Assembly (NCBI RefSeq): GCF_009914755.1
Contig: NC_060938.1
DNA length: 64,000 bases
Source of the DNA: the human T2T-CHM13v2.0 reference genome, Homo sapiens
Reading direction: 5' to 3' (one strand)
The notes below the pieces were generated by a model. That model saw only the letters and a program-made list of their open reading frames with translations, was not told where the DNA came from and made no database searches. This document shows, piece after piece, positions 12,206 through 26,178 of this stretch. The first letter of the stretch is position 1. Each line of letters begins with the position of its first letter. The position numbers and the translations under genes are program-made.

Positions 12206-13074
12206 CTAGATCTTGAAACTGAATTGGAAAGAACCTCGGAGGGGCCCTCCCTGACTCTGTGGGTGGATGCTGGAGTCCCTGCCTGTTGATTCTTCTGCAG
12301 CTGCTTGAGTGGCCTGCACCTGGCAGGAAAGCCCATTCCACGGCGGAGTGATTTTCAGTGTTTTCTTTCAGAGCTCTGTTTACCCTTCCTGGGTAAACAG
12401 ATGTCTTACAGTTGAACTTCATAGCTTCTCGCCACGTAGCCATGCACCCTTTCCTTTTCTTCATACTTCACTCAACACCAAGAAATACCACCTCTCCCTT
12501 CGGGAACATCCGCTTTTAAATAAACCCACGTGCCTCCTCTGAGTATCCCTGCACAGATGAAGTGCCGGTGGGTAGGACCCCAGCCTGTCCTCGGCTTGAG
12601 ACGCCCGCAGGGGAGGTGGAAAGGGCGTGGCTGTAGTCAGAAGACTGAAGTTTAAGGGTCAATTGGTCACTCAGTAATTATTTACTGAGCACCTACCTGC
12701 TTCCAGTGACTCTTTTAGCCACTAGGGACACGAAGTTTTCAAAACAAATTTCTGTCCTTTGCTCCAAAGCCTCTGGGGGAGATAGATCACCAAGGCGGAG
12801 GTTGGGGGTGGGTGGGGGGAGGGTGGAATTTAAAATAAAACTGTAGTGTGGAGGGTGCATGCCGGTGAGACCTCTAACTCAATCCAGTGGGACTTGGGGA
12901 GGGCTTCCTGGAGGAGGTGCTTAAGATCCAAAGAAACGAAGGATGAGGGATGGAAGGAGAGTCAGTGGAGGGCATTTGGGCAGACTGCTAAAGGTCTGTA
13001 GTTCCATCCAACTCTTACCTTTCCACTGCTATTTCCCCACCCCTCTCTAAGTTTCAGATGTGTCTTTGGGCCTT

Positions 13075-13230
13075 GGGACTTCTTCAAATGTCAATGTGCG
13101 TGAATCACCCGGAAGCTTGTTAAAATCCCAGCTCTGATTCAGCAGCTCTGGGTGGGACCTGAGATGACACATGTCTTACGAGCTCCAGATGGCATCCATG
13201 CTGCTGGTTAAGTGACCGCACTTCGCACGC
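13075..13230. mobile_element. MER5A-like MITE
   Basis: 'gaatcacccggaagcttgttaaaat..ctgattcagcag..ctgggtgggacctgaga'. Confidence 0.7.
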
Positions 13231-13233
13231 AAA

Positions 13234-13700
13234 CGTTCACTGCAGCACCGTTCTCAATGGCAAAGACATGGAATCAACCTAAATGCTCATCAGTGGCAGA
13301 CTGGATAAAGAAAATGTGGTACATATACACCACGGAATACTATGCAGCCATAAAAAGAACAAGTTCATGTCTTTTGTGGGAACATGGATGAAGTTGGAGG
13401 TCATTATTCTTAGCAAACTAACACAGGAACAGAAAACCGAATACAGCATGTTCTCACTTACACGTGGGAGCTAAATGATGAGAACTCATGAACAGAAAGA
13501 AGGGAACAACAGACACTCGGGTATACTTGAGGGTGGAGGGAGGGAGGAGGGAGAGGAGCAGAAAAAAATAACTATTGGGTACCAGGCTTAATACTTGGAT
13601 GATGAAATAATCTGTACAACAAGCCCTGTGACATGAGTTTACCTATATAACAAACCTTCACATGTACCTCCAAACCTAAAATGAAAGTTAAAAAAGAAGA
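13234..13700 (+). mobile_element. L1PA/PB 3' end, 5'-truncated, with ORF2 C-terminal remnant
   Basis: ORF 13283-13474 ends '..WMKLEVIILSKLTQEQKTEYSMFSL..GS' like L1 ORF2p; G-rich 3'UTR and A-rich tail follow. Confidence 0.92.
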
Positions 13701-14746
13701 AAGACCTTGGAGGATTTTATCGACTTAGCAAACATTTTTTTAAGAATCTATCCTGTGTGAGTCACTGTACCAGGATCAGCTAGAACAGGGAGATGGGAGT
13801 CAGGAATATCTGTACCTTGTAGTCATCTCACTCCGTCGGGGAGAACAGACATTGAGGCAAGGACCACACAGATGATCAATCACATTTCTGATGAGCTCCA
13901 TGAGGAGAAGGAAGGGTGCCATGGGGGCGTAAATTCAGGGCTTCTGACTAGTTGGGGTCAGGAGGTTGGAGTTAGGCAAGGCTTCCCTGTAGGAAGTGAA
14001 GAGATATTTAAGGCTAAATCTTGGTTATCAAAATCCCCCTCTCCCATCCTGGGACCTCACAAATAATTTGCTTTCTGTACGGAATGCAAGTGAACTTCAT
14101 TCCATAAATGCTTGGGAGGATCCAGGAGAGCTCAGTCTTCACACTGACAATGAACTCTCAGGCCCTGAGACTTACCTCAGGCACCTCCTCCAGGAAGCCT
14201 AAAAAGATTGACCCTACCTGACAGTGTTCAAACGAATCCTCTCATAAGTCTATTCTTGAAGGCCCATGTTTCCTGCAGGTTTTGTCAGGGGCCTGGTTTC
14301 CATGTCTCTCCCTCAGGAGCCGGAGCACTGGCCCACACAAGTCAGGCTTGCAATAATTTCTGACTGAGTGACTTTGAAAGTATCTGAAATGGGGACTTCA
14401 AAAATAAAAGGCAGTTAAGAAGCATGTTGCCTTTTTGATATCTGTCCTAGTGTTGCCAGATAAAGAGAATCCCATTCCCTTCTGTCTGGCTTTCAGTTTC
14501 TAAGGCTCAGGCTGAGCAGGCCTTCCACCTGTGTGATGTGAAGACACCTATGACTGCCTTTGTTGAGTACCTGCTATGCACAGGCTCGGGGCCAGCTGCT
14601 TTGCCTGCCTCATCTTTTCTGTACAACTGTCCTATAAGCAGTAGTTAGTGTGGCATTATACAGGCAGGCCGAGACGTTCATAAAATAAAGGTCTCGCTGT
14701 TTTGAGAAATACTGGGCAAGAAGGGAATTAGCCTGGAGCTGGGTTA

Positions 14747-15373
<627 letters not shown>

Positions 15374-15780
15374 TTACCTGAGCCTTGTGTGGGACCAGCT
15401 TCCGATGAATCCTAGACATCTGTTGTCCCTTGCTGCCTATCTGCCAGGAATAAACACTCTTCCTGTAGGTCGTTGTGCAGGGGTGTTCTGTCTCATTGGA
15501 TGCAAACAAGCTGGTTATCAGTGCTGGGTGACGCTGCTTCACAGCAGGGAGTGTGTTTGGGTACAGTGCTCCAGAGGACAGCCAAATGCACCCTTGTCAG
15601 CCCCTCCAGGATTGAGGGGGACATTAGAAGTGTAGTTCCTTGGCAAAGGGAGGCAGATTGAGGGGTACTTAGAGACAAAGAGACATGCCAAGGAACATAA
15701 AAAGCAGCATTCAGACAGATGTGGAAGAACTAATCCACTGGGCAGCTGGAGGTCCATTTGTAAGAGTGAACTGGGGCTGA

Positions 15781-16339
<559 letters not shown>

Positions 16340-16354
16340 TGACAAAATCCACAT

Positions 16355-16786
16355 ACATGAGTTTCCCAGTGCTGCCCTACACAGCACCACAAACCGGGTG
16401 GCTTAAAACAACAGAAACATGATCTTCCACTGATCTCGAGGCTAGAAGTCCGAAACCAAGGTGTTGGAAGGGTCTTTCTCTCTCCAAAGGCCCTTCGGGA
16501 GGATCTTTTCTTGGCTCTTCCCCGTTCTGGTGGCCCCTGGCAGCATCACTCTGATCTCTTCCTTCATCTTCCCACTGTGTCTCCTCTGAGTGTGAGTTTG
16601 TGTCCAAATTCCCCTCTTCTCTTAAGGACGCCAGTCATATTGGATTAGGGACCACCCTCAGGAAGTCATCATAACTTGGTTACATATGCAAAGACCCTAT
16701 TTCTGAATAAAGCTGGAGTCACAAGTAGCAGGGGTTAGAACTTCAACGTATCTTTTTGGAGGCTGCAATTCGACCAACTCATAACA
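16355..16786 (-). mobile_element. MLT1B/C LTR
   Basis: 'caccacaaaccgggtggcttaaaacaacagaaa', 'ccagtcatattggattaggg', 'gcaaagaccctatttc'. Confidence 0.85.
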
Positions 16787-17659
16787 CCACATAGTACAAT
16801 TTTAATTTATTTTCTTTCGATGATGTTTTCTAGTGTTATCTAAGTGCTGTATTCAAAATAGCCCAAGAACTTTCTATATACCTTTAAAATATAAATAAAA
16901 GTTTTCCTAGCTAGGCCATTGTGTAAAGCCTGTGGGAAAATCCTGTATTGTTCTGACACTGAATGTCTAAGTCATATGGAGCTTTCAAAACAGTAAGGGC
17001 AAAATTCCTCCTCGTATTATGACATACATACATTGATGAGAAGAGCTTGTTTTATTAGTATCTAGTAGTGGTTTGTCTAATGATATTACATATGAATTTA
17101 ATAATATAGTTGCATTATTTTTATATTATCACATATGTACAAGAATGCCGTCTCTTATTTACTTAACAGGGAGAATTTTCTTAATTCTTAATTTGCAAAA
17201 TGCCCTTTCAAGTCAAACTTGCATTTTCATAAGTCAACGCCTTTCTTTTTATGTTATAAATCTAAAATTCTGCAATTATTTTCATCTTATAATTTTCATT
17301 TTTATTATTCTAAAACTTTGTAATTACATTTATCTAACAAGCACAGAAGTAACATATATGCCTGTCTTTAAACTATTATAAATAATTCAACTTTAGTCCT
17401 CATCATGGAGAAAATTATATTGTTTAAGAAACAAAAATATAGGCTGAGACAAGAAAATTGATTTCTGTAGGAATGATCCATTTGTAGAAAAATTACTGTT
17501 TACTGTGATTTTTACATCATATTGTTAAAATAACATTTATCTGTAATCAAATTGTGAAATGCCAGATTCATGAATGATATTATCTTTGGAGAAAATGTTT
17601 TTAATATTGTATTTTAAAAAGGATGCTTTCCTCCATCTGAGTTTGGGGAAAGCCTCAAA

Positions 17660-17880
17660 CCCAGGTCAGTGTTTCTCAGAGAATCTACCTAGATCAGGAT
17701 CCCCTGACGTGTAGGGGGTGGAGGATAGGTGGGAGTGTGGTGATTGTTAGAAATCCAGATTACAGGGTGCACCTGAGACCTACTGAATCAGAGATTACAG
17801 GGGATGGGGCCAGGGCCTCTGTCCTGATGATGGCAAGTTTTCCTGATGATGCTTATGTACCTTTAAGTTTGAGAATCTCT
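17660..17880. mobile_element. MER5-like MITE
   Basis: 'cagtgtttctca', 'agacctactgaatcagag', 'aagtttgagaatctct'. Confidence 0.65.
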
Positions 17881-18124
17881 CATCTGGGCTTTTTGAGAGC
17901 ACCATTCCTCACCTGGTGGCAGGTGCCTAATAATGAGAGAAAAACAAAAAGTGTCACAGCCCTGAGCCCAGCATGCAGCATCTATCTTGGGACTCCAGAC
18001 AGGGGATCCCAAGAACTCTCTGCTCCTCTTCTGCATCTAAACATGGAGGGGCTCTCTGGAAAGTTCTGCCTCAGGACTGTAGGTTGTAACCTTGGAAATA
18101 GGTCTTGTTCTCATCCCTTCTGCT

Positions 18125-18295
18125 CATTTTTTTTTCCTTTAGAGCTGGGATTTTGCTATGTTGTCCAGGCTGGACTTGAACTCCTCAGTTCAAGCAGTCT
18201 TCCTGTCTCAGCCTTCTGAGTAGCCAGGACTGCAAGACTGAGCCTCCTGCCTCAGCCCTCTGAGTAGTTAGGGCTGCATGCCACCATGCCCAGCT
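18125..18295 (-). mobile_element. Alu monomer (FLAM-like) with an internal duplication
   Basis: 'ttgctatgttgtccaggctggacttgaactcct'; the 'cctg.ctcagcc.tctgagtag' segment occurs twice. Confidence 0.8.
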
Positions 18296-18444
18296 GCTCC
18301 TGCTCATATTAACAGCTCCTTCCTGCCTGAGACCCCAGACAGCCTGAGTCTTCTGTGGGTCTTCAGGGGCCCAGATAGGAAGGACCCCAAGAGGAAATGC
18401 AGGAAAGACAAGGTAGGCTAAAGTGCAGCTTGCCTCTGGCCTGG

Positions 18445-18896
18445 GGCCTCTAGATAAAATACAGAATGTCCAGTAAAATTTGAATTTCAGATAAACAAGA
18501 AATAATGCTTAGGTAGACATATGTTGTAAGTTTTTGTTTGGTTTGTTGTGTTTTTTGATAGTGACAGGCTCTCACTCTGTTGCCCAGGCTGGAGTGCAGT
18601 GGTGCGATCATGGCTCACTCCAGCACCCGGGATCCCGAGATCCTCTCACCCCAGTCTCCCAAGTAGCTGAGACTACAGACACATGACACCATGCCCAGCT
18701 AATTTTTAATTTACTTTTTAGTAGAGATGGGGGTCTCCCTATGTTGCCCAGGCTGGTTTCAAACTTCTGGGCTCAAGCGGTCCTCCCACCTCAGCCTCCC
18801 AAAGTTGTATGGGACATACTAAAAGATTATTTGTTGTGGATCCCAAATTCAATGTAACTGAGCATCCTGTATTTATACTCCATCCAGCAATCCTAT
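18445..18896. mobile_element. MER53-like palindromic MITE split by an Alu
   Basis: Left half 'agataaaatacagaatgtccagtaaaatttgaatttcagataaacaa'; right half 'ttatttgttgtggatcccaaattcaatgtaactgagcatcctgtattt..gcaatccta'. Confidence 0.75.
18530..18804 (-). mobile_element. AluJ, 5'-truncated
   Basis: Both arms recognisable; stops at 'cctcccaaag'. Confidence 0.9.
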
Positions 18897-21719
18897 ATCC
18901 TGATACTTCTGCAGATGAAGTGAGCCCTGAAAAAGCCCCAGACTTAAGTCTCCACTGTCACAACCCTGCGAAAACAGCCACCCAGGCGCTTGCTGTAGAG
19001 CAATTAGCTGATGCCAAGTCCATGAACACTTGGGGGCGAGGAGTGCAGGTCTCATGTTTTCCAAACAAAGTCTGGTTTCTAATTTTGGTCATAGTGTAGG
19101 TTTCTAAGATCTGAAGATCTTTGAATGATTGTGACATAAACTGTTTTTATAGTGTTTTTTTTCCCCCTTTCTTTCAATGACAGTCTCAACCTTCACTAAT
19201 AAAAGGCTAATTCGTGATTGATTACTTTTCCCTCTGGTGGCGATGCAGGCATCTTAAGGGCTAAAGTTGGTCAGAGCCATGTTTTGAGCTCCAGCCAACT
19301 CTTCAATTAGAAGGTGGAAATAAGTGAGCTATTACACGAGAGTAATATCTCCTTCCTTTTGTTTGGTCATTTATCTCATCTCTCAAGAAGATGACATTTG
19401 GCACTGCTGAAAAGACCCGACCTGCACTTACTCATACCATTCCTTTGTCCCAGATCCGTTTTGATTGCATAATGTCCCAGCCATCTTGAAAAGTTCCCTG
19501 GAAGCTCAGCTCCACTTACAAAACTTGGAGGGGAAGGAGTGAAATGGGGAAAACCGTCAGAACGGTAATAATAATAACAATCTCAGGACAAAGATAGACC
19601 AAGGTAGCAGCCAAGGTATTATAATCCAAACAGTGTTATGGATAATTTTCTCCTTGTAACCCGAGGACAAAAAACTTTATTACTCTTTAAACTTCAATAT
19701 TGCACCAATTAAATTTCAGCTTAGGAATCCGAGCTTCTGGTCTATGTTCCATTAAAAAAAAAATGTAGCCTTTCTTATGGTCCCTGAAGAATCATAGGAA
19801 TAACTTTTTATTCTTCCTAATCGCTCTTATTTTTAGCAATTAAGGAGGAGAGAAAAATATTAACTGCAGATGCTAACTCATGTGTTCTTGATGTGGTGAC
19901 GAACACATCTTAAACAATACTATTTTCTTACAAAAAGTAGGAATGACAGCAAACTGATAGACTTTTCTTTTTCTTCTTGTCGCATTTAACTTTTCTACCT
20001 CACAGCTCAGATAGCTTTTTTTAATCAAAGCAGGTAATGGAAGAACAGTCTGTACCCTCAGACGCAATCGTATTTAATCATATTTAATATCCTTATTTCT
20101 CAGCTGATCAAACTTAAAAAATTTGAATGCTTTGGTTTGATTTAGGACTCTGTGGAAGTCTAACTAATAAAGAAGTACATTCCTTTGTTGAGAAAGGAGT
20201 GTGCTGGCGAGAGGCCTGGCTGGGGGTCTGGATTCTGAGTAGGGACCAGTCAGGGCTCTGCTAGGGTTTTGCAAAGTAGACCTGGTACAAGTTCCCCCGT
20301 GCCTCTGTTTTCTCATCCATCAAATGGGTGTGTTTGTGTAGATGCCTACTTACATTTCATGATCCTTTGAATCTGTGAGGACTCGTGTGTTGCCCTAACA
20401 GCCATCATGCAGGGTGCAAATGGCATCTCTCTTTGGATTCCCTGTGCCTTGCACAGTGCCTGCTCATGGCAGCCTCACCATAAATGTATGTGGGCTGGGG
20501 ACTGGACTGAATGTTAGACAGCCACTGAAAATGTTGAGGATGATTACCCTGTTGAACAATAAACAAATTAATAGAATGTTGGGTAAAAAATTGACCACGA
20601 TAAATGTTTTAAGCCATGATGACAGCCGGTTTAAGTGTTTCTTCTTTCAACCCCATTGTGTGCCTGGTGGGCACTAAGTGCAGGAGATGTCTGATGAGTG
20701 CACATGGCCCTGCCCTCCAGCAGCCAGCAGAAAGGTGGGGAAGGCAGGGAAAGGGGCAGGTGTAACAGCAGGGCTTGCGAGAGGCTGGGGGAATCAAAGC
20801 AGGGCCCTGAAACTGACGGGGAGGGGCAGAAAAAATTGCTGCTGCGGAAGACCTTCACATGGCCCCCTGAAGAAAGAGCAGTTTCACTGGGAGTGGGAGG
20901 AAACTGCAGTTCCCACGTGGAGGGAACAGAACATGGAAAAGACAAAAGAAAGCAGGAAAAAATAAAAATTGCTCTTGTGATGGGGGAGAAAATGCCAAGA
21001 GAAAAAGAAGTTTCCTGAAGAGTCTAGAAAGTTCTGTCCTGATGGTGGGGGAGCAGCAGCCCTGACTAAGGTTTCAATGGGGAAGCTGAGGCTCCTGAGT
21101 GCATCTCCATTCCCACTTCCTGGGCTGCCTGTGGGGTGGTTCATGCCTGGGTAGGGTTGCCTGTCTATCCTTTGCAGGGACTGGATGCCTGAGGAAGTTC
21201 TGTGGGTGTGGACTGGAGAGGAGTCGATTCCTTTGAAACCAGACCTGGTCAATTGCAGCAATTTGTTTATCTGTCTTGTAGCTTCACACTTGTCCTCCTG
21301 TTATTATGTGTTTGTCTTCTTTTAAAAATGGTTTTCTAACTCTCCCTCCAAAAAGGAAGCCTAGCAAAATGGGTTTTGGAGTCAGACAGTCCTTGATTCA
21401 AACAGATGCCCCATCACTTATTAGTTTTATGACCTTGGACAACTGACTCTGTCTGGATAATCCTTTTACTCATTGGCAAAAAAGAATGAGATTACCCAAC
21501 ATATGAAGCACTTGTGAGGATTAAATGAAAAAAAAAAATACAGGCTCACTGTCCATTAGTTTCTTTCTCCCTGTTTCCCCTCCTCGAGGGCAGAGATTAT
21601 TTGTGTAGACCCCTTTATCTCCAGGCCAGTACAATGGGGGGTGTATCAGGCACCCATCAAGTCGTTTGAATGAGTAAATGAGGGCTGAAGAAGAGAAAGA
21701 GGGGTCTCGTGCCTTTATT

Positions 21720-22360
21720 AAGTCATTCTGCAATCAAGTATTTACTGATCACCGGCTACAGGCTAGGGTGTCAGAGAAAGACACACAGCCCCTGTCTGCA
21801 AAAGACTTAATACCCTGTCCACCACATACTTCAAGGGAAGAAGGCAAGTCTAAGGACTGAGATGAGGGCTATGTAGATTCCACGCCATAATCTACTCCAT
21901 GCCAGGCCCTGTGCTGAAAGCTGGGAAGGAGTCTGTCCTGATCCTTCTAAGGCTTCCTGGAGCACTTGAAGCAAACGCTAAGGCTTCCTAAGTGTTGAAG
22001 GATGCATAGGAGTTCATCACTCAATTAATCAGCAAATGTCTTTGGGTGCACCTTCTAGTTGCCATGCCCCATTTTCTGGGTGGGAGTTTCCAAAGGCATG
22101 AGCTCTGGCTGTTCTCAGGGAGCTTCCTGGGTAGATGACACAAGCACCTGTCAAAAGAACTATAAATACCAGGTGGTGTGGGCAAGAGATGTCAGGAGAA
22201 GGCACATGCAGCAGAAATAATTGTTCTCGGTTGGGATAAACCAGGAGGGCTTCCCAGGGGAGGTGACATGTGAGGGAGATCAGAATGGAGGCGTCCCAGG
22301 ACATAACTTTTCTAACTAACTTAGCTAGAGTGGGGACCACAGGGGATCCAGAGTATGTTA
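21720..22360 (-). mobile_element. L2 fragments
   Basis: 'caagtatttactga', 'tgccaggccctgtgctgaaagctggg', 'ccaggagggcttcccaggggaggtgacatgtgag'. Confidence 0.55.
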
Positions 22361-24850
22361 TTGTCTCACTTTGCTGATTTTTCTCATCTCAGTAAATGCA
22401 GAGGACAGTTGCAGAGCCATGACACCCTGTTGACTTGGGAGGTAAGTCTCATTTCCTCTGAGCTTGGGGGCATTCCCATTGACCACTTAACTGTCTGCCT
22501 TTGTAAAATATGTATGGGTGGAGGATGTTGTCTCCAAAACCCTAGGATTGCACGGATGGGGAGGCACTGAGCTAGTGGGAATAATATTCTGGATGTGTTG
22601 GCTGATTCATCACTTACACAGAGTCAAGGAAACCCCCAGGCCTGGGCGGCAAATGATGTGTATTAGGAGCTAAAGCAGGACATGACCAGGTACTCATTTC
22701 CCCTTCTGCCTCCCCTAAGAAGCCCACTCTTAAGAATTAAACCATGAGCCTGCCGTAAAGTAAACCTAGGGAAACTCAAAAATGGAGAGTGGATTGCAAA
22801 CATGATCTCAGGTTAATGTTCCAGGGAGTTCAGTTAGTTATGACAAAAATGAGAGATGGGAAAACGTTAGCCTAAGATTTGGAGTTCAAAGCCCAACATG
22901 GCCGCCATGTGACCTCGGGCAAGTTGTCAATCTCTCTGGCCCTCTATTTCCCCATCCATAAAATGGAAGCAATATCATGGATTCGTGAGTTTGTTGTGAT
23001 ATATTATTATCATGACATAGATGAATAAATAGATGAGTGTGTAGGTAATAATGATGAAAGCTAAAATTAATGGACTGCTGCCCCTAAGCCAGATGCTGTG
23101 AGAATATCCAATTTCTCATTTAATTCTCAAAACCTCCCTTGGAAGTTGCTATGGACTGCCATCTTTTACTTTGCCCTCATCTTATCGGGTGGCCCAGGAA
23201 GGACGGTTGCTGCTGTTGTTCTACCTGCATTCTTGTCTGTTCCTCCTACCTAGAGCCAGAGCAGCTTCAGAGCCAGCTGCCCTGCTCCTTCTTGGTGTCC
23301 TCTGGTGCATGATAGGCGCTGAGTGGGAGTCCAGTGACCAAATTAAAAATCGGATGTGGATGCTGATTCTCAGGGGACAGAGAGAAAAGCTGCCTAGCCA
23401 CAGTGGAATGAGGTGTCTTTCCCCGCAGTGGGGAAGAAATTGCTGGAAGGCACTGATCTCAGAATCTCCCTCGCTGGGCAGCATTTGTTTACCAGGAGTG
23501 ATTATTTGTGTCAGTCCTTGGACTCCTTCATGTTGAGTTCTGACGGTGCCACTTCCCAGCCCTGTACCCATTGTCAAGGCATGCATCTTACCTTGAGTTT
23601 CTCTAGAGTCAGACCTGAGACAAGGGTTTGGGGGATTGAGGAGCACACGCAGTGTAGTAAGGAAGTGAGACAGGCGAGAAGGTGCATGGCCTCAACAGCT
23701 ACCCCCAGGGGTGCCAGGAGTGTGAGCCACGTGCCTTAGAATGATCCCACCTGATAAGGGACGAGCTGGGGGTGGGTCATTGTCGAGGCTGCTTGAAGGA
23801 GGGGGTGAGGTTTAGTTCCAGCCCATGCCTCCTGGATGTGTGGTCATGTGAGCTTGGAGGCAGTCCCCAACAGAGAGCTGCACGCAGTGGCTCCTGGACG
23901 TCTACCTTGAATCCCATCCTGAAGCTGAATGGCTGGAGGATGTGCAGGTGAAGAGGATCTGCATCTGCTTCATCACGTAGCCTGTCTAGCCTCAGTTTCC
24001 TCTTCTTCCAAATGGGCTGGTAATCCTTGTCTGGCCATCTTTTCAATGATCATTTGGTTCTGCAAACTTCCTTTGAGCACCCACTGAGAGTCAGACAACA
24101 GGGACGTTACAAAATCATGTCTGCTCTCAAGGAGATGTGAGTGTGTGGGGCGGAGTGAAGGAGTGGTGTCAACTCAGGATGTGTTTCCTACTCAGAAATT
24201 CTGTGTTTTTTCCCCCCTGAGAGATGAAGGTGACCTTGCAGCCCCAGCAACCAGATACCGGACTCCCAGGCTCCCAAAGGGACATTGTCCATAGGAGCTT
24301 AAAAAGTGAAGTCATCAGTTTCCTAGCTTCAAAATTCAAAAGCCTCATTCCAGGCACAGATGGGCTGGAAGAAGTTACACTCAGAGCCCAGGTAAAGATC
24401 CTCAGAGCTGGGGAGCTGGGGAGAGGGGCATAAGAAAGTTAGACATTGGGGCATTTTTCAGAAGGGTTGCACACTGCTCTTTTGCTCAGGCCATGGCTGG
24501 GGTGGGTGAAAACTAATAGATCCTTGGTCAACATGGGAAACTGAGGCAAGAGAGTGCCCATGCCTCACTTTCTAGCTGGCATCCTTGGAGGTGTTTCTGC
24601 TCCCAGCCTTGTAGTGATGGTGGGGTTTTGTCCTGCACAGGCTGTGTAGGCTTCCTTTATGGAGAGTGGTTTGCTCATGTAAATGGGCTGGGTGGGTACA
24701 GAGAGGATCTGACACCAATACTTTGGGTTTCCTGTGGCCCAGAGAGGAGTGGGAGGCCAACTCTTACACCTGAGGGAGGGCACATACCGACCAAGCCAGA
24801 GATTGCATTTCCTAGCTTCCCTTGTAGCTAGGTAGGGTCATGTAACAAGG

Positions 24851-25355
24851 TATATTAGTTTACCATTGCTGCTGCAACAAATTTCTATAGACTTAGCCAC
24901 CTAAAGCAACACAATTTTACCTTCTTATGGTTCCAGAGGCCAGAATTCTGATACAAGTCTCACTGTGCTAAGATCAAGGTGTTGGCAGGGCCAGTGTTCC
25001 TTCTGGTGGTTCCAGAGTTGCATCCATTCTCTTAACCCTTCTGGCTCTTAAGGAGGCATGCAGTCCCTGGCTCATGGCCCTTTCTTCCATCTTCAAAGCT
25101 CACATCTCTCTCTCTTCTGATCCTTTTTCTGTCATGACATGCCTTTCTGACTGACTATAGCCAGGAAACCTTCTCCGTGTTTAAGGATTCACACAAACAC
25201 ATTGAGCCCTCCTGGGTAATCTAAGATCATCCCCTTATCTCAAGGTTCTTAACCTTAAACATCTTTGCAAAGTCTCTTATGCCAAGTAAGGCAACATATT
25301 CAAGGTTTTGAAGATTAAGTCAAGGACGTCTTTGGGAGCCACTATTCTACCCATT
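24851..25355 (-). mobile_element. MLT1D-like LTR nested in an older MLT1 (about 24740-25700)
   Basis: 'tatattagtttaccattgctgc..tcaaggtgttggcagggc..gcaaagtctc..ggagccactattcta'; both flanks carry older MLT1-like motifs. Confidence 0.75.
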
Positions 25356-25957
25356 GTCTCAAGGAAAATGGGATATGAAAACAGTGGTGTGTGCAACTCT
25401 CGTTTCTTGTACTTAACAATGAAGCTTCTTCTCCCACCCTGTATGTGTCTCTCACCCTCCAAAGTCTGCAATTTCAAACCTACGGCAGAAGAATTGCACT
25501 TGACCATGTGATGACAACAATTGAGCCACCCAGCTTAGAGCCAGAGATGGGGAGCCTCACATCGAGGATGGCAGAGACATCTCACCAGCTTGGGCACTCC
25601 AGGGAGAGATGCAGAGCTCCCTCCTGCTCTGGACTGCGATGTGTGAGAGAAATAAAGCTCCCTCTTATTTAAGGAAATATTGTGGGAACTCAATGTCGTA
25701 AGAGCCTATACCTCTATAGCCTCTACTGAAGCTGTGCTTTTACTAATATAGACCCCAAATAGAGATTCAGTTGAGTTACAAAAATATAAATAAATTGATA
25801 ATTTCTTGCTCCCTTGAATACATGCTGGCTTTGGGAAATGCTGACTGCTGTATAGACAGACGGCGACACTAAGTAGATGACAGGCCAGGGAGGGGTGGAA
25901 GAACAGGGAGACCTCGCCTGACTCGGCAGCAATAGGAAGAATAAAAGACTTCCCAGG

Positions 25958-26178
25958 TGAATAAGTCTCATGAGATCCGACGGCTTTGAGAATGGGAGTC
26001 TCCCTGCACAAACTCTCTTCTCTTGTCTGCTACCACATGAGACGTACCTTTCACCTTCTGCCATGATTGTGAGGCCTCCCCAGCCATGCAGCACTGTAAG
26101 TTCATTAAAACTCTTTCTTTTGTACATTGCCCAGTCTTGGATATGTCTTTATCAGCAGTGTGAAAACAGACTAATACA
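25958..26178 (+). mobile_element. THE1 solo LTR missing most of its 5' half
   Basis: TG...CA termini; THE1 3' sequence 'ttctgccatgattgtgaggcctccccagccatg..cagactaataca'; 5-bp TSD ccagg at 25953-25957 and 26179-26183. Confidence 0.88.

Noticed and set aside
13283-13474. ORF resembling a real protein
   Set aside because: Remnant of the L1 ORF2 C-terminus in a truncated L1; not a host gene
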